64,000 bases of DNA from Streptococcus mitis (lineage in GTDB: Bacteria > Bacillota > Bacilli > Lactobacillales > Streptococcaceae): positions 5,019 through 69,018 of the forward strand of contig CAUPZW010000008.1 of NCBI GenBank assembly GCA_963515655.1, written 5' to 3'. The notes under the pieces were generated by a model. The model was not told the origin of the DNA. It saw only the letters and a list, made by a program, of their open reading frames with translations, and made no database searches. Shown here in pieces: positions 63,310-64,000 of the stretch (position 1 is its first letter; the number at the start of each line of letters is the position of its first letter). Both the position numbers and the translations under genes were made by a program.

Positions 63310-64000
63310 TCAGTTTTTAAGCAAGTTTTTTAACTTTTGATAGATGATTTCGTTTTCTTCTAGGCTATAGGAATTAGCACCACTTGCTAGAGGGTGGCCT
63401 CCACCATCATGTTCCTTGGCAATTTCATTGATAGGATGGATTTTACTGCGTAAGCGAACACGGTAGTGACCATCAGCCTGCTCCACAAAAATTCCCCAGA
63501 GGTTGACACTGTCAATGCGTCCAGGTGCACCGACAATGGCTGCAGTTTCAGCATCGGTAACATTGAATTGTTTCAAGACTTCTTGACTCAGGATAATGCG
63601 AGCAGCACCATTTTCATCCACTTCTAGATGGTCGTAGATGTAGCCTTGAAGTTTAGCAATTTTGTAGCTCATAGTGTCCATTTTGCGAGTGAGAGCCGCA
63701 AAGTCAAAGTTTTGTTCTCTCAGAGACGCAGCTAGGCGGAGGGTCCGTGCAGTCGTAGAAGGGTAGAGGAATCGACCTGTATCACCAACAATTCCTGCAA
63801 AGAGCAACTCAGCAGCTCGATCTGACAAGGCCAGTTGGGTTGTTTGGGCAAATAGGGTAATCATCTCGCTAGCACTGCTTGAACTAGTATCCACCCAAGA
63901 TAGATCACCATATACATCATCATTTGGATGGTGGTCAATCTTAATGAGAAAATCACCTTGACTATAGCGCTTATCATCTATACGAGCAGTATTAGCTGTA
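63310..64000 (-). CDS. nrnA: DHH/DHHA1 phosphoesterase (NrnA-like oligoribonuclease / pAp phosphatase); N-terminus lies outside the window
   Basis: The frame stays open to base 64000 and includes the IDHHPN DHH motif. The C-terminal GGGH DHHA1 motif (HDGGGHPLASGA) is present. Confidence 0.85.
   Translation of the reverse strand, partial: TANTARIDDKRYSQGDFLIKIDHHPNDDVYGDLSWVDTSSSSASEMITLFAQTTQLALSDRAAELLFAGIVGDTGRFLYPSTTARTLRLAASLREQNFDFAALTRKMDTMSYKIAKLQGYIYDHLEVDENGAARIILSQEVLKQFNVTDAETAAIVGAPGRIDSVNLWGIFVEQADGHYRVRLRSKIHPINEIAKEHDGGGHPLASGANSYSLEENEIIYQKLKNLLKN

Overview
This is a low-GC Gram-positive chromosome segment, almost certainly from a mitis-group Streptococcus. Two BOX interspersed repeats and a pneumococcus-like gene order support that: pepF-prsA, ftsW-ppc, T-box/ABC-dnaG-rpoD-cpoA-obg, lysS, glmU-pfs, thiI, ilvE, rpsA, dnaX, sufCDSUB. 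I support about 70 protein genes, two tRNAs (Tyr, Gln), one T-box riboswitch, two BOX elements and several terminators. I saw no rRNA, CRISPR array or prophage. Most of the window is housekeeping. Three stretches look accessory. (1) 52.8-57.5 kb holds an efeO/efeB/efeU iron-uptake operon fused to its own tatC-tatA export genes. (2) 57.5-62.9 kb is a visibly AT-rich islet, and it is the best candidate for an undescribed or atypical system. It has a BlpS-like LytTR-only protein, a LytTR response regulator and an AgrC/ComD-type histidine kinase. These are followed by a duplicated promoter module, double-glycine-leader peptides and small immunity-like membrane ORFs, several of them under 60 aa and so absent from the ORF track. 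No intact pheromone gene and no C39-peptidase ABC exporter are present. (3) 50.0-52.3 kb is an aquaporin flanked by a stop-riddled transposase remnant and about 0.7 kb of decayed DNA. Other points worth a second look are a BOX element inside the T-box-controlled 5' UTR, a 39-bp terminator module present twice, two candidate leaderless mRNAs, and a tightly coupled esterase-esterase-ATP-grasp operon of unknown function. All functional calls come from motif and family recognition by eye. No database searches were run.
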